Both the position numbers and the translations under genes were made by a program. Of a stretch of 64,000 nt of DNA, positions 37,873-52,496 are shown one piece after another; the stretch's first letter is position 1; each line of letters opens with the position of its first letter. The notes below the pieces were generated by a model, which ran no database searches, was not told the origin of the DNA, and saw only the letters and a program-made list of their open reading frames with translations. The DNA is from Eledone cirrhosa (Eukaryota): assembly GCA_964016885.1 (NCBI GenBank), contig OZ024743.1, positions 38,564,001 through 38,628,000 on the forward strand, written 5' to 3'.

Positions 37873-38021
37873 AATGTGGTTTTATAAATATAGTTTCCAT
37901 TTATTTAATATCAATGAATATATATATATATATATAAATAAATATATATATATATAAAAATATATATATATATATAAAAAATATATATATATATAAAAAT
38001 ATATATATATATATATATATA

Positions 38022-38055
<34 letters not shown>

Positions 38056-38072
38056 AATATATATATATATAT

Positions 38073-38152
<80 letters not shown>

Positions 38153-38166
38153 GTATATATATATAT

Positions 38167-38885
38167 ACAATTAAGTTAAAAATGTACATCCACATATGTA
38201 TAATGAAATACTAGTATGCATATGAATACACACACGTATACATATGTAGATGTAGTGAAAAACTCAGTACATCTACATATGTATACGTGTGTGTATTCAT
38301 ATGCATACTAGTATTTCAGTATACATATGTGGATGTACATTTTTAACTTAATTGTTTAAGCGTCAGTCATACAAAAGTGAGTTACAAACGAAACGAAATT
38401 TAATTTCGTTTCGTTATTTGTTTTTATCGTCTCCGTTGAACCGGTACGTACTCACGCTCTATGCAAATTAGTCTGCCCACTACTAATTTTCATAGAAAAA
38501 GCATATAACGATATGTGCTTTTTCGATTCTCTAGAAAGGCCGGAAGATAGGTTAATATTGCTGATGAGATGTAACAACATCGAAACTAGTTCAATATTCC
38601 TTGTCTGGCTTTCTGGAGAATAGAGGAAAGGTGTTTCCTCAAAGACCAGTATGACTCTAAAAACCAGTTTGTCTGTGTGTTTACATACAGAATAGCTGGA
38701 CACTCACAGTAAAGTGACCAGTGAAAAACTCGGTACATCTACATATGTATACGTGTGTGTATTCATATGCATACTAGTATTTCAGTATACATATGTGGAT
38801 GTACATTTTTAACTTAATTGTTTAAGCGTCAGTCATACAAAAGTGAGTTACAAACGAAACGAAATTTAATTTCGTTTCGTTATTT

Positions 38886-38888
<3 letters not shown>
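38167..38888 (+). mobile_element. Second retrozyme-like non-coding element: 88-bp inverted arm, 466-bp unit and a partial second unit, in (TA)n
   Basis: 38167-38254 pairs with 38268-38355 (one mismatch seen); 38255-38422 is repeated at 38721-38888; contains an intact hammerhead. Confidence 0.78.
38554..38598 (+). ncRNA. Intact minimal type I hammerhead ribozyme
   Basis: AATATTG-CTGATGA-GATGT AACA ACATC-GAAA-CTAG-TT-CAATATT; stems I and II perfect, palindromic stem III, GUU triplet. Confidence 0.88.
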
Positions 38889-38949
<61 letters not shown>

Positions 38950-41900
38950 ACGTATATATATATGTATATATATAGAGAGAGAGACAGAGAGAGATATTAC
39001 CTAATAATAATATAGGAATACCTTAGTTCTGAAGATTAAGGTTATGCATGTGCAAAGACAAAAAAATAAGCTCATTTTACATTGAATGTAAACCATACAC
39101 CTATTTTGACAAGTAGTTGTGTGTTGAAACTTTTTTTTTTAAGTACGTGTTAACGGTTAAGTGTATTTTTACTTCGTTTTTAAATATAAGTATATTCACG
39201 CTCATACATTTGTATATATATAATAAAACACAAGGAAGTCTAGTGTTCAGGTAATATTTAGCCGTTTCTCTACTACTACTCAATACTGCCACCTCCACCA
39301 ATTGTTGATGTTATCCTTCCATGTGTATTAATATTTAAGATTAGGCGTTTGAAATTATCCAATATATACAACGTACTTTTCCTCTAAAAAATGCCACTAT
39401 TTAGGCTATGGCGAGATTGAGGTAACAACTATTTTCTCAGAGTGTTCTAACCAGGATGGCACCTTGTTATCATGTCTAGTAATCGAACCCATTGCATTAG
39501 GGTTCGTTTATTTAGAGTATTATATACAATTATACTAAAACCTCTCTAAACGCTAAAATATGTCTTAGCTCTATTCTCACTGGAGTATTTTGTCCAAAGT
39601 CTTTCTTCTTTTATTTATCATATATCTGAATCAGTCGAAATTTCCACACAATATCTATATATATTTATCTCAGACCGAAGCGTGTTTGAAATAATATTTG
39701 TATAATAATTCAAACCGACATGATTTGACATAGTTTCACTGTTATCGATCAACCCCAACAAACAGACATATAAACAATAGAGATCATATGATGAACAAAC
39801 ATTTCAAAGAGCGGATCTCGGTGTCAGATTAGTGTGTAGTTGTTATGATGATTGTTTCTCCTCAGGGTTGAGACAGGAACAACAGCAGCAACAGCCACAA
39901 TGACATTAAATATCATCATTCACACCGTTCTGTTGAAGATTGACTGCTTTCGTTTAAACTTTTCACCTACAGTTCAAAGATGCATGTTTCTACTTTCGTT
40001 TCCAAAGTCAGCGAATATATGTTCTGTTTACTGTTGTATGTCACTTGTTAGATCTATAGAATATAATTTTTAATCTATGCAATGAAACATAAGACATATA
40101 TGAGTGCGTTGAATTACATTATTTTATGTGATAATGGAGAGTAACTTATTGGATATCGGTCTAAAGATCTTACGGTCGTGTGTTTGGTTTCACGTTAGCT
40201 TGGATTCTACTCGGTCATTCATATTTATTCATGCGGTTCACCTCTACATTTACAATTTAATGTGTAGCTTACCGTACCTATAACATCGAACCCTAATCAC
40301 CTAGACATGTCTTCATTACTAGATTAGACTGTGTCTACTGCAGATGATCCCATGCTAAAAAACTAGCAAAGTGATTTCGATATTTGGTGATGGACTACGT
40401 CCTTTGGTAAGACACATAACTTCACGTTAAACTAGTTCGCTCAGCCGTACAAAATCATTGTATCTTGTAAGTCAAAGAATCTGAGTTATCAGACGATGAC
40501 AAGCTATATTACCCACAGACTTAAGTGAAATGTGCATGTCTTCTGTAGAATGCCCAGCAATGTTTCCGATAATTTCGTTAGTAGGTGGGAACCGGTTCCC
40601 GACACAAATAATTATATATATATATATATATAAGGGTGTGCATATATAAGAAGTTAAGACATTTATTTCGCATCAACGTGGGTTATGTTTCGACCTAATT
40701 GCTACCTGTGAGTGTAATTTGGCAGGTAGAAACAATTGAATAGACCATCATGAAGATTATATATCCACTACATTATTATACAACTGCTATCCCCACTCCA
40801 GCTCTTGCAACTTTCTCAAAGATATGCGGTAATTAGTTCTGGCGGGAATCGGGATTCGAATACATAGGTGAAATTTCAACTCAGTGCAAGTGCCAAAATA
40901 GACACCACCTTGCATCTCATCCGACTCTCTAAGGTGCTTGCCGATCTAATCTCATGTATCAGAACGTGATAATGCATAATTACCAAAATCTGTCTGCTGC
41001 GGGATTTGAGCTCGTAGCGCCAAGAGCCAGAACAAATAACAAGCTATTTCGTCACAGGTACTAACGACTCTGTTAGTTCTCGTCCAAAGTATAAACATTC
41101 GTAAAAAATAACATTCGAAGATATACACACGAACTGGGAAGTCTAATTGAATTCGTACCTTTTGGTTTAATTCCGAATTCAAATTCAATAACAGCAATTA
41201 GGGGAACGTATGTCTTCATCAATTTTTTTTTTTCTCATTCGGAAGCAAGTTTTCATTTTTCTGTCTAGAAATACGTTTTAATTTTTTTTTTATTTTGAGT
41301 TTCGCTCGGCCATTCGAGTGATTTGAAACATCAATGGCTATCCAGAAAATATTTTAAAGCAAAATCAGATTGAAAATTATCAAGAAGAGAAGACAGCATT
41401 ACCGAACGGAAGAGTGGGAGGAAGTCAGTGAAGGATTATCAAGGGGAAAAACCAAAGTAAAAATAAAACCAAGGAATAATAAAAGCGAAAATTAATGAAG
41501 GAAAGGAATATGCCAGAAAGAAATGCAGGGAAAAAGAAATTATTAAATGAACACTAAAAATAGAAGCAATAGAAAAACGAATCAAAGATTCGCGGAGTTA
41601 AAACAAAATAACACTAAAGACAAGAAATAGCAAAGTGGAAAATGCACACACCACACACACACACAAGCAGGCAGACATATATATGTATGTATATATGTTT
41701 GTGTGTTTGTGTGTATATATGTCGAGAGCGGGAGAGATAGAGAGGGAGAGAAGAATTTAGAAAAATAGCATGTAGAACGTTAAAATTAATTCCATCGTTT
41801 TAATCAAATGTATATGCTTTAATGATTAATGAAGTTGAAACGGGAGTAGAAAAACAAGAATATAGCCACAGAGTGTGAATACTCGAATAAGCAGGGAAAT

Positions 41901-44900
41901 ACTAGTTTAGGATTGGTTGAAATAAAAGCCAGAACATCATGAAGAGAAAAACCTAATGGAAATGTCGGTGATTCAAAACGCGTTTTATATGGGGGTAACG
42001 TTCTGGCAGGAAACGCCTTGTTCCGCTATCTTACAAGTACCAAACAAAATTCTAACTTCCCATAAATTTTCCATTGCCCCAGATGTAAAATATACGTTTG
42101 TCCTTTACTTCGTTCTTATTTTTTATTTATTATTTATCGTATTTCATATTATTATATGAAAATATCTTTTTGTTTTCCTTTTGTTCTGTATAAATTCGGA
42201 GTTGGCAATTTTGTATTTCTGAGATGATTCTAAGCAATACTTCGTAAGAATAGGTGTAGTACATAACAATTAGTACACATATACCATCAAAAAAGATTAT
42301 TTATCCCTGCCTTCTTCTTCTTCTTCTTCTTCTTCTTCACCCACATATTCCTGCGAGTCCTGTCAGAAGCTAATGTCTCCAACACCTCCAAGGTAAATAA
42401 TATAACATAGAAAGAAATTCCAGCCATGAGTGCTGCATGGCTAGGAACATGTTATAGCATAGAGATAATTTATATTCGTGTAATAGTTATACTTCTGTTT
42501 AACTAAGTCTTCATTACTTTAGGCGATACTTACATAATTATCAATTTTATAATCGGTTTCATGTTAACAACTGCCCTATATTAACTAGACAAAGAAATAG
42601 ATTAACAACTGTTATGAGAATGTGGCAGGTTGTCATATTTAGATTGATGTTTAGCAGTTTACTTACAAAACTAAGTGTAGCAATACATAAATAAAAATGT
42701 TAGGAACATACATCTACAAGCATAACTATGTGGTTACAGATTATACTTTGCGGCCAGATGTTACAGGTTTCGAAATCATTAACCAATACCATTTAATTCA
42801 CACAAAGTCTCAGATTTGAAATGAGCTGAAAAAAGAATGGAATGAACCTTCTTTCTTTCCGATCATTTCAGTTGATTCGATCAATAGAATAGCCCGGTTG
42901 TGAAGGTAATGTGCAAATGGGTGAACATTCCACGAACATTTGTACATTTAATCTAATTCTCAGGTAACAATATTTGATAATTCCGGCCTTTTGTATTACA
43001 CGTCAACTTTGTTTCACACATGAACCTAACTACTGTTCTTGAGATCGCGAGCTGAACGCACTAAGCATTATGTTGTGTGCTTTATAATGAAGTAAGACAT
43101 TATTGAGGAGAACAATCATGTGTATATATATATATATATATATGACAGGGACTCCGAATATCGCCTTCGGTGACGAAATTATCCACTGTATGGGAAAGTC
43201 GGTGTCCTAATCATTCCAATATTTACAAAATATCTCACTCAACTATCAGTAATAACCACGTCTTTAAGAACATATTCTTACTCAAGAACACGAAGCCACT
43301 CGGGCAATCGCGTTACTATTCATGTATTCTGATTCAATTTCAATAATGTGTCTTATACACACACTTACATTATTTGTTGTTACAGTTTTATATAATTACT
43401 ATGAGACTGTGTGTATATGTCCAAGCTCTACCTTTGCAATAATACATTAAACATTTAAAAACTTAAAAAGATATTTGTGAATCATGACTCTCCTTGCATT
43501 CGTTCTGGAAGAGTCTTAATTTTACGGTCTTAATTACGCGTTCCTAACTAAAACATGTTAATTACATTCCAGAATTCTGAGTGAACAGAGAATAATCATA
43601 TTTACATTACCGCTCACTTAATCTGGTTTATAAATGGCTTTCAAGTCAAGACATCATGTATAGCTTCCTTTGTGAATTTTGTTGCGCATCCTCGTCAGTT
43701 ATGACTTGATTAGCTGTATTGTTTATTTCTGAAACGCTTCAAAATTGTGTTACCATAGACGCTTCAGTATATTGTAGTAAAATTGCAGTAAAATGATGTG
43801 TCAAATCTACTTTCACCACTGCCAAGGATTTCCGACATAACCTTCATCTACAAACATATCCATGGACATTGTCATTAACCGTTGAAATTTGACAGAAAAC
43901 GTTCTACAATGAAGGCGTTGAATTCAAAGACAGAAGGATAACAGGATTGCACTTGAGAAATATGTTAATGGAGTTGAAATACGTAAATTCATGCAAATAG
44001 ACGTTTAGCAACATAACAATCTGTATAACACATCGTCTATCGTCTTCGACGTAGCATTGCGATGAACTGAAGACCAGACACGAACATTAGCGTGTAAGTG
44101 GTTGAATTACTACATGCACGTGCACCTCTAACATACTTCGGCAGAATCAGCTTGACAAAATATTAAGGTGTAATAAAAAGGACAGGTTTTCCTGCCGATT
44201 CCTCTACTCAACGTAAATCATAAGATGGGGATCGATCCTAGGTCATATTAAATACATTAGCCCAATAAATCCACGCATTGAGAACAATCAAAGTTTCCCA
44301 TGAAAGCACAGCGAACCTCGACACCACACAAAATGTAAATACATAAACTTGTAGTATTATACACCCTTACGATAAATCCTTAGCTGTGTGTAAACAAACT
44401 TGCAGATGTATTTAAATCATGCAAATTTTGCCCCTAGATGGAAATACATGGCTTAAAACTGCATATAGGCTACCATCTTTACTGTGGTGACTTTGTTGTG
44501 TTTGTATCATCGGGTGTTAATCTTAGTGAAGGCCTATGCTTTTATTTAAATATAACTTTGAAGAAGAACCTATTCACGTGTTACTTATTGTGTAGTTCGA
44601 AATAATGGATAGTAGTTACTTTTCAATTATCTTTCTATTAATTTTGTATTTAGCGAGGCTATGAAACGACTTAAATATTTATCAGCATCTTGTAATTGTA
44701 AGCTGATACCGAACGGTTTTCGTATTTCAATTCTCTAAAATCTGAAACATGTTTTGTCAAGGCCCAAGTTGCTCTGTGTAAAATGTTTCTACGTAATTGA
44801 ATACCTAATGCCAGTATTCAATTGTTCGCTTACATATAATATCCTGAACATATATATTCAGGAAGTTATCCGATAACCAATTCTTTTTATCGACCTCACC

Positions 44901-45999
44901 TATGAACTTGCATGTAAATTAATTATTTCTTCCATGCAAACCATCTCCACTCTTCATAGAATGTGGATACTGCTCTTAAAAAAGTAATAGTTTGAAACAT
45001 ATCTCGATTAAATATGCTTTATCTGTTGACATGGCGAAATATATAGCTAGCATTACTATTCGTCATATATATTTCATATATATTCGTTAAATTCCTTTAT
45101 TTGATATATAATTGATATATAGTTTTTCCGGGTAAATGTTTATGAAGCGATTATATTTTAAAGGCGCAGGCCTAGCACATGACTGATTATTATTTCCGTT
45201 TTTACAATGATGCATTCGTTAGTTATTGATAAGGTTGGTGATATGACCTTCTATATATAGCGAACAATATTACACTAGGCTTGGTGTTATAAATGTTAAA
45301 TTAAATCTGAATTAGGTAGAGCCATTATAGAGTTAATATATGGATTGAATATCAATGTTCTGGGATTAAATTCGACTGAGATCCACTTAACTACAATTTC
45401 ACGATATAGAAAGTAACAATGCATTGCAACCCTATCTCCTTTCAACTGCTAAGTCGTAGATATTTCATTAGATTAAGTGAGAGAGAGAGTTGAGAAGGTT
45501 TCTGTAATTGCGTGCCACAGCCTGGTCACATAAACCCGATTACGTTAGCATAGTACATACCAAGTAATAATAGGCGATGTGCAGGTGCAGTTATTTGTGA
45601 ATATATATATCAAATTAATTGTTGTCAGGTATTTAGAAAGTCGACGTTTTTGTATGAGGAATAGACACATTAGATAAGTTAACTCCTTTAAAAAGATGTT
45701 ATTGATATGACTGATATGTTTTTCATCAAATATGTGCCCTAGTAGTCTTAAACCTGGGGTTAAACAGTAACAAAAATTCATGTTACAAATCCACCAACTG
45801 CCGCAGAAAGAATTAACCATTGAAAAATGTGCTTCTTGATGCAGTGTACCTAGTAAGACGGCAATTAATCATAGGCAATAAGGTCATAGCTATGTCTGAT
45901 CCGCGCTAGGTGTGTATAAGGACATAACTACCTTCCTTCAAAATTATCCACATCTGCATCCTGAAATACATTTTGTCATACGCACATAACTAAGCTGGA

Positions 46000-47235
46000 T
46001 ATAATAATAATAATAATGAAATTATTGTGTACAGTGCTCAGGTGCACTACAACTCATCAAAGGTGCATGTATAGTACATAGAATAATGTAATGTACAAAT
46101 GTCAGGAAAATAAACAGTGTACGAGTCATGATATAATAACAATAACAATAATGAAATATTGTGTACAGTGCCCAGGTGCACCACAACTCATCAAAAAAGT
46201 GAATGTACAGTACATAGGGCAATGCACAAACATCAGTAAAATGAACAGTGCACGAGTCATGATACACACATGTGTACATGTGTATGGAAGGGGTACATCA
46301 GGTGTAGTTTTGGCGTATTTCGGGAAGCATGAGTGTCTTAAAGGATGCAGTGTCTCGGCAGCTAACAATTGACGCAGGCAGTTTGTTCCATGCTTCAGCA
46401 ACTCTGAGCGTGAAAAAATGTCTGCGAAAGTCATGGGAGCTGTGCTGTTTTCTTATCTTGTAGGCATGTCCAGGTGTGTTAGACACATGGAGATCAAAGA
46501 GGCGCTCAGGGTTGCAGTTGGCGAGATGGTTAAAAACTGTGTGGGTATTCACCAAGTCCATTGCCAGACGTCGGAGCTTCAATGAATCCATGCCCAGGGA
46601 AGCAAGGCGTTCATAGTATGGTAGGTGTATGATGGAGGGTATGCGCTTGGTTGCACGTCTCTGAACAGTTTCCAGGAGGTCAATGTTCCGAGCAAGATAG
46701 GGGTTCCAGACTGATGATGTGAATTCCAAGTGTGGTCGCACCATAGCTGTATACAGTTTTAAATAGATGGCTGGAGAGCGGCTAACAAAGGTCTTGCTGA
46801 GTGATGCCAAGACACCCTCGGCCTTCTTGACAATCTTAGAGACATGCTTTGTCCAACGCAAATCGTTGCTGACAGTAATGCCCAGGTCACGTTCACAAGA
46901 GAAATGTTTGATGTCAGTGTTGTGGGGGGAGTATGTGGACGGTGGATGTTTCCTTCCAAAATGCATGGTGGTACACTTGTCCACAGCCAGCTTCAGTTGC
47001 CAGTCTGTGATCCATTGCTGCATTGTGTCCAAGTCTGACTGTAGGAAAGAGTTGTACATTTCAGGATCAGTCCTTTTGATTTCAAGGTATAGCTTGATCT
47101 CATCTGCATATTTTAGTACCGTGGCATTCTGTAAGTTGGCAACTATGTCATTAATATATGCCACAAACAAAAGAGGACCAAGAACAGATCCCTGTGGTAC
47201 ACCAGATGACATCTCATATGGTGAAGAATATTCGT
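46000..47235 (-). mobile_element. 5'-truncated CR1/L2-group LINE (RT C-terminal part + 3'UTR)
   Basis: ORF 46298-47212: SSGVPQGSVLGPLLF, YADEIK, RDLGI, VRPHLEF..VWNP, RRATK; 3'UTR with a ~140-bp internal duplication and an (ATT)n tail. Confidence 0.88.
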
Positions 47236-48593
47236 GTTTCTCTGAGAGTCATTATATGATGTACCATTGAGAGCTTAGTGAATTTGAACTCGTTCAGCGG
47301 TCTTTCATTGTTACGCCGGCCTCTGTAAACTATCCGTCATTCTCTAAGGTAATCGCCAAGATTATAAACGTTATATCGGATAAAATTGTATCTCAATTAT
47401 TCGAAGTTTCTATCATATCAAGAATATATCATTGAATATGATAATCTCTTTACTTATTTCAATAAATATTATTGGTTACATAGAAAACATTGAAATTGTA
47501 TGACTTCGGCGACTAATATATCGTGAGAATTCAACAGAGATAAATTTGTTTACTAGCTTTTTATCAATTAAAATAGAATAAACAAATAACTTCAAGTAGA
47601 ATTTCTTTACTATAGATAACATTTATTGAATATACTTTAACAAATTTCTGTAATTTTAGGAAACCTCTAAATGTGTTATATATTTGTTTGGATAATAATA
47701 ATTCATAAGATATATGAAATCCATATATATTTTCTAACGTATATTACTTTCTATATTTCCATTTTCACATAATGGTTTTCAATCTATAAAACAATGATAC
47801 TCTATATTTACAAGAGTCTTTTGAAATTATCCTGCACATCTACTTTTATAATAATTGAGTGCTATGAAATAGCTTACATGATATTTTGGTAGGTATTTCA
47901 ATTGATATATTATGGTGGAAAACTTGTCTTGGTAATTTGCCTAAAATTATTGCTACTTATATTATGTACAAACCATCTGGGGAATTAGTATCTCAGATCA
48001 GTTTAAAATTTCGAACGAAATAAAGTCTAAGATCTAATATTGGCTTTCAGGCAAAAAACACCATTATTTCTAATTAAGATATATTGAGCTATATTTTTAA
48101 TGTATTTTATTAACAGTTAGTTTAGAATTTTAATTCTCAAAGTTTAGAATTAAAATCCGCTTCTTAAATGATGTGGTTTTGTAATTTTATTGTAAATTTC
48201 ATAGTATGCCATTGGCTTGTGTCCGGCGAAACAAACTCTTTTTCTGTCACACTAGGCAGATCTATCCAGGTTCACGAACAACAATCTGTTATTCTTACCG
48301 ACGTAGTTCCTCTCCGGTTTCATTGCACTATGCGTACTTTTTTGTATACATTTGTGTAATATTCATTCTTACACATAATAAAATATAGTTGTTACTTTTA
48401 TATCGCTCCTGTTCATTATGGTACTTTGGTTTTTAGCAAATGTGACTGCTGTTCTACTAGTTTGAGAGAAGATGCAGACTACCGTTAACTGGAATATGGA
48501 ATAAATATTATTTTGTAATAAAATACACTGATTATGAACGAGACTTCTCTCACATATATTCTGATGACCTAATTTGTCTAGTCATTATTTTAT

Positions 48594-48700
48594 ATCCCGC
48601 CGAGGTTAACTTTGCCTTTCATCCTTACGGGGTCGATAAAATAAAGTACCAGTAATGCTCTGGGTAATTGAGGGCTTTGTGCCAAAAGTAGAAACAATTA
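48594..48700 (+). mobile_element. 5'-truncated SINE
   Basis: ATCCCGCCGAGGTTAACTTTGCCTTTCATCCTTACGGGGTCGATAAAAT... matches 57791-57965. Confidence 0.8.
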
Positions 48701-49040
48701 TTTTATATAATGCACGAAATAACAGCACGTTGGTATGTGAATAATGTTAATTCTTGAGCATTAGAAAAGCAGATTGTGTGGTTGTATGCAAGTTATATTT
48801 AGAGTTATCACGAGAAAGCTATAGTAATAAAAGTTCAGCAAACAACACGACTTCTCAAGTAATAATTGTATAGTCACTATTTTATAAAAGCTATAGTAAT
48901 AAATGATTAGTGAGCACTACGTTTTCTAAAATATTAATGTTATACACGTTACACTGATACAACGGTATTTAATTGGTTATTTTTGGTTTGTTATTATTGT
49001 TATGTATTATTGTTTTTGTTTTTATGTTTTTATGTATAAG

Positions 49041-49235
49041 GGTGGTGGATTGGCTGTATAGGTAGAGGGTCGGACGCCATGCTTTAACGCATAGAGTTAC
49101 GGCCCATGCCATTCTGAGTTCAAATCCCGCCGAGATTAACTTTGCCTTTCATCCTTACGGGGTCGATAAAATAAAGTACCAGTAATGCCCTGGGGTAATT
49201 ACTGGCCTTGTGCCAAAAGTAGAAACAGTTATTAT
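49041..49235 (+). mobile_element. tRNA-derived SINE (family 1)
   Basis: A box-like TTGGCTGTATAGGTAGAG, B box GAGTTCAAATCCC, conserved body, GGCCTTGTGCCAAAAGTAGAAAC tail. Confidence 0.82.
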
Positions 49236-49374
49236 TGTTATGTATATGCACTGCGTTCAAATCCCACTGAAAGTAGCTTTGATTTCTATACTTACGGACC
49301 CTATAAATAAGTAGCAGCAACGCAGTAACTACAATGACATATTATGTATCCAAAGTAGTGATTCTGTATCGATA

Positions 49375-49880
49375 CAATTGAAACAGGGGATTACTTAATC
49401 TCTGGATGTAGAGTTTTAGCATCAGTATAAGCATTATGGAGTTGGCCAATATCTACACTGGGTATATGTCGGCATTATAAAATAAAAACTGTTGACATAT
49501 GGTATAAGCATTATCCGGAGGCTGTAGCTCAGAGAGAAACTGCAATGATTCTTTAAAAGTTTCCTGTACCTAGAGAGAGAACTATCAAAACTAACCGACA
49601 AGATATTATTGTAAAATCCCAGAATAACAAAATATGTTTATCGATTGGTATGAGCACCCCATGTGATCACAATATTGTGTCAAAAGAATTTCACAAGCTC
49701 AGAATATATAGAGTTCTCTAAATTGAAATTGAAACAATGTGGAATCGTAAGGTAGTTACAATGTTGTTGATTGTAGGAGCACTAGCAATGATGAAAAAAA
49801 GGAACAGAAGAAAAGTTTAGAATATTATTTTATCTGGTACGGCTCATGTTTTGAGAAGAGATTTATCAGCCTGAGGAAGA
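49375..49880 (+). mobile_element. Degraded Dong/R4-like RLE non-LTR retrotransposon 3' fragment
   Basis: ETGDYLISGC..LHW..WYKHYPE..TIKTNRQDIIVK..IEIETMW..IVGAL..SGTAHVLRR (decayed CCHC + RPD-type restriction-like endonuclease). Confidence 0.72.
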
Positions 49881-51913
49881 TAATCCGATAAGTAATGTTT
49901 TTTTGTGTTTTTCTTTTAAACTTAACTCTACTATATGATATTCCATAATTAAGTAAGATGTAAATAACTGAGTACACATATATGATTGAATATCATTCTG
50001 TTGTAAATATGATTTTAAACATACATTGTGCATATGTATAAAGCAAATGATATTCTTGTGTAAAGTGAATGACATGAATATTCTGTTGAATATATTTTGT
50101 GGTTTATCAATGTATGAAAAGAGATTCTCTGAAGAATATACAAATCTTTGAGAAGACAATTTCGAAAGTTTTAAAGCAGAGATACTTTGGAAACAAGGTT
50201 TTAATGACATATTTGGTGAGTGAAAGTCTTTGTGAAATGTTTCAGTAAAATTCTAGCATAAATGATTTAAAAAGTGAAAACAAAATTTCATTATATATTG
50301 GCGAAATTGTATTCAATAAACATGGAAGAAACTTTGAGAAAATGTTGTGAAAAACGTTTTGGAGAGTTGCACGTGTAATGTTTTTGAAAATATTTCGATA
50401 AAACTTTAGATTAATTCATGGGTAGAATATTTGAAATGTTTTGAATAGAAGCTTTTGAGAAAAGTCTTGAAAAATTTCGGAAAACGTTTCAATGGAATTT
50501 TGAAGAATTAAAAAAAAAATTAATATAAGTTTTGTAGAAAATTTAATGAGACTGTTTTCACCCATTTTGAGGAACATTAATGAATCATCTTCAAAATTTA
50601 TCAAAAATTTCCAACAAAAATTTTCTTCCATTTTTTTCAAAATGTTACAAAAAGCTTTCCAAAAGATTTGAAATTTCTCAGATATTCTAGTATAAATTAT
50701 CACAAAATAGGTACCCAAACTTGGCTCTGAATTTATTGTTCGAAATCTTATTAAATTCTTTTCTAAAATGCAAAAGTTTAATAAAAGCGAAGTTTCATTT
50801 TAAAGTCATTAAAATGTTATTAAAAATATTTTCACATTTTTCAACTATCATAACTTTGTTAAAATTCGGTGAAACGTTTCAACACAATTTAGGAAAAATA
50901 AAGGTTTTGAGACAATCTTTCGTGAAATGCTTTGAAGACATTTTCAGAAAATCATTTTTAAAACGAAGAAATATTTAAGAAGTCGTTAGGAAAAGGTTTG
51001 ACCAATTTTTAGAGCAATTTTGAAGACAATGTTTTGAATAGGTTTGTGAAAAGTTTAAAAAAACATATTTGAAACATTTTAAAGAGTTATTTCTCTGAAC
51101 CCGCTTTAAGTTTTGAAATGATTGTGAGGAAAACGTTTCTTGATATTATGGGAAACATTTAAAAGAAATATTAAAGAAGAACTTTGAGAAAATGTTCAGC
51201 AAACTTTTAGGAAGATATAATTAAATAAAGGACTAAAAATATAGCTGATAGAAGCGACATGGTGATGTGGTGGCGATGTTTTCGGAAGTGATGTTTGTGA
51301 TCACGATGTGAGGGTAGAGACACGGGAAACGAACGATTTTTCAAGTTATGTGAAAGTAGATTTGTGTTAAGCCTACCCTTGAAATATGTAACATTTTAAA
51401 ATGAAATTGCTTTGAGAATATTTGTTGTAACTTTTTATGAAATTTTGGCAAAATCTTCCCGAAAACCTTTCGAAATGTTTTAGGAGATTTACTGGCGAAA
51501 TTTCTTCCAAGCATTTTCGGAAGTACTTAAAATAAAACTTAAATAAATCCTAAATAAACATTTGGACATTTTCAAGGAAAATATTTCAGAAAATAGATTG
51601 AAACATCTTTCGAACTTAAGAATAATCAAAACACATTCATAATACAGGTTTTACACATTTATTATGATAGCAGTGTTTGACCTCTTAAACATCACTTGTG
51701 TGCTCCTATGTGATATCTGTGCATGTCAATCCTCTACATTAAGACAATATCATACATATGAGTGGTGACACTTGGTTAGGTCGAACACAAATTGAGTTGT
51801 TTCGAATTACCACCATTTATCCTAACACGATTACCATGGTATTCGTATTAAGATAAAACGAAGCTGTCCATTGATCCAATACTCTTGAAAAACATTCAGC
51901 CTGAGGCCCCATG

Positions 51914-52189
51914 CGTGTGTCTGTGTGTGTGTGTGTGTGTGTGTGACAGCTCACACCTATGCAGGTTTAGCTGGTCTCCTCTCAGATATATCTCGTTGGA
52001 GGTGTCTTGGGTAATTTAATGATAGGGACCCCAGACTTATCATCTCATTTCTACAGCTGAGTAAACTGGAGGAACGTGAAATAAAGTGTCTTGCTCAAGG
52101 AAACAACACATCACCCGGTCCGAGAATTGAATTCACAACCTTTCGATTCCAAGCCCAATGCTCTAACCACTAAGCTATGCGCCTTCACT
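51914..52189 (-). mobile_element. tRNA-derived SINE (family 2) with a (CA)n tail and 12-bp TSD
   Basis: TSD TGAGGCCCCATG at 51902-51913 and 52190-52201; head GTGAAGGCGCATAGCTTAGTGGTTAG; CCTTGAGCAAGACAC body. Confidence 0.85.
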
Positions 52190-52496
52190 TGAGGCCCCAT
52201 GGACCATAGTTATATGTGCTTTCCATGTCTACATTTTACAATAATCATCGATTTCTTGAAGACCTATCTCATTGCGAATATTTGCATGGATATGTTGCAT
52301 CCGGCGCGAACATCAAACTATTTATCTGCTACCTGGGACTCGGAGTTTTCGCTACATCTCTTTGCCAGACATTTAGCACGACTTGACAGGCAACGTTTTA
52401 AAAGGAGCTCGCTCTATAATTGGAGCAATCTCCCTTAACTCCTTGTTTGAAAATGTATTTCAGAATATCAACATTCGTAACTTGAGGAGGGGGGGA

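Larger units (their letters stand above)
37605..37892. repeat. About 290-bp imperfect palindrome with a hammerhead in each arm
   Basis: About 37605-37725 is the reverse complement of 37772-37892. Confidence 0.85.

Noticed and set aside
39000-46000. Possible host exons in the less repetitive AT-rich stretch
   Set aside because: No ORF with recognisable motifs, only faint decayed SINE traces; small exons cannot be excluded without RNA-seq.
48561-48590. CTGATGA as a hammerhead core
   Set aside because: No correctly placed GAAA or stem I partner.
50200-51620. K/F/I/N-rich short ORFs
   Set aside because: AT-rich low-complexity DNA with no recognisable domain.
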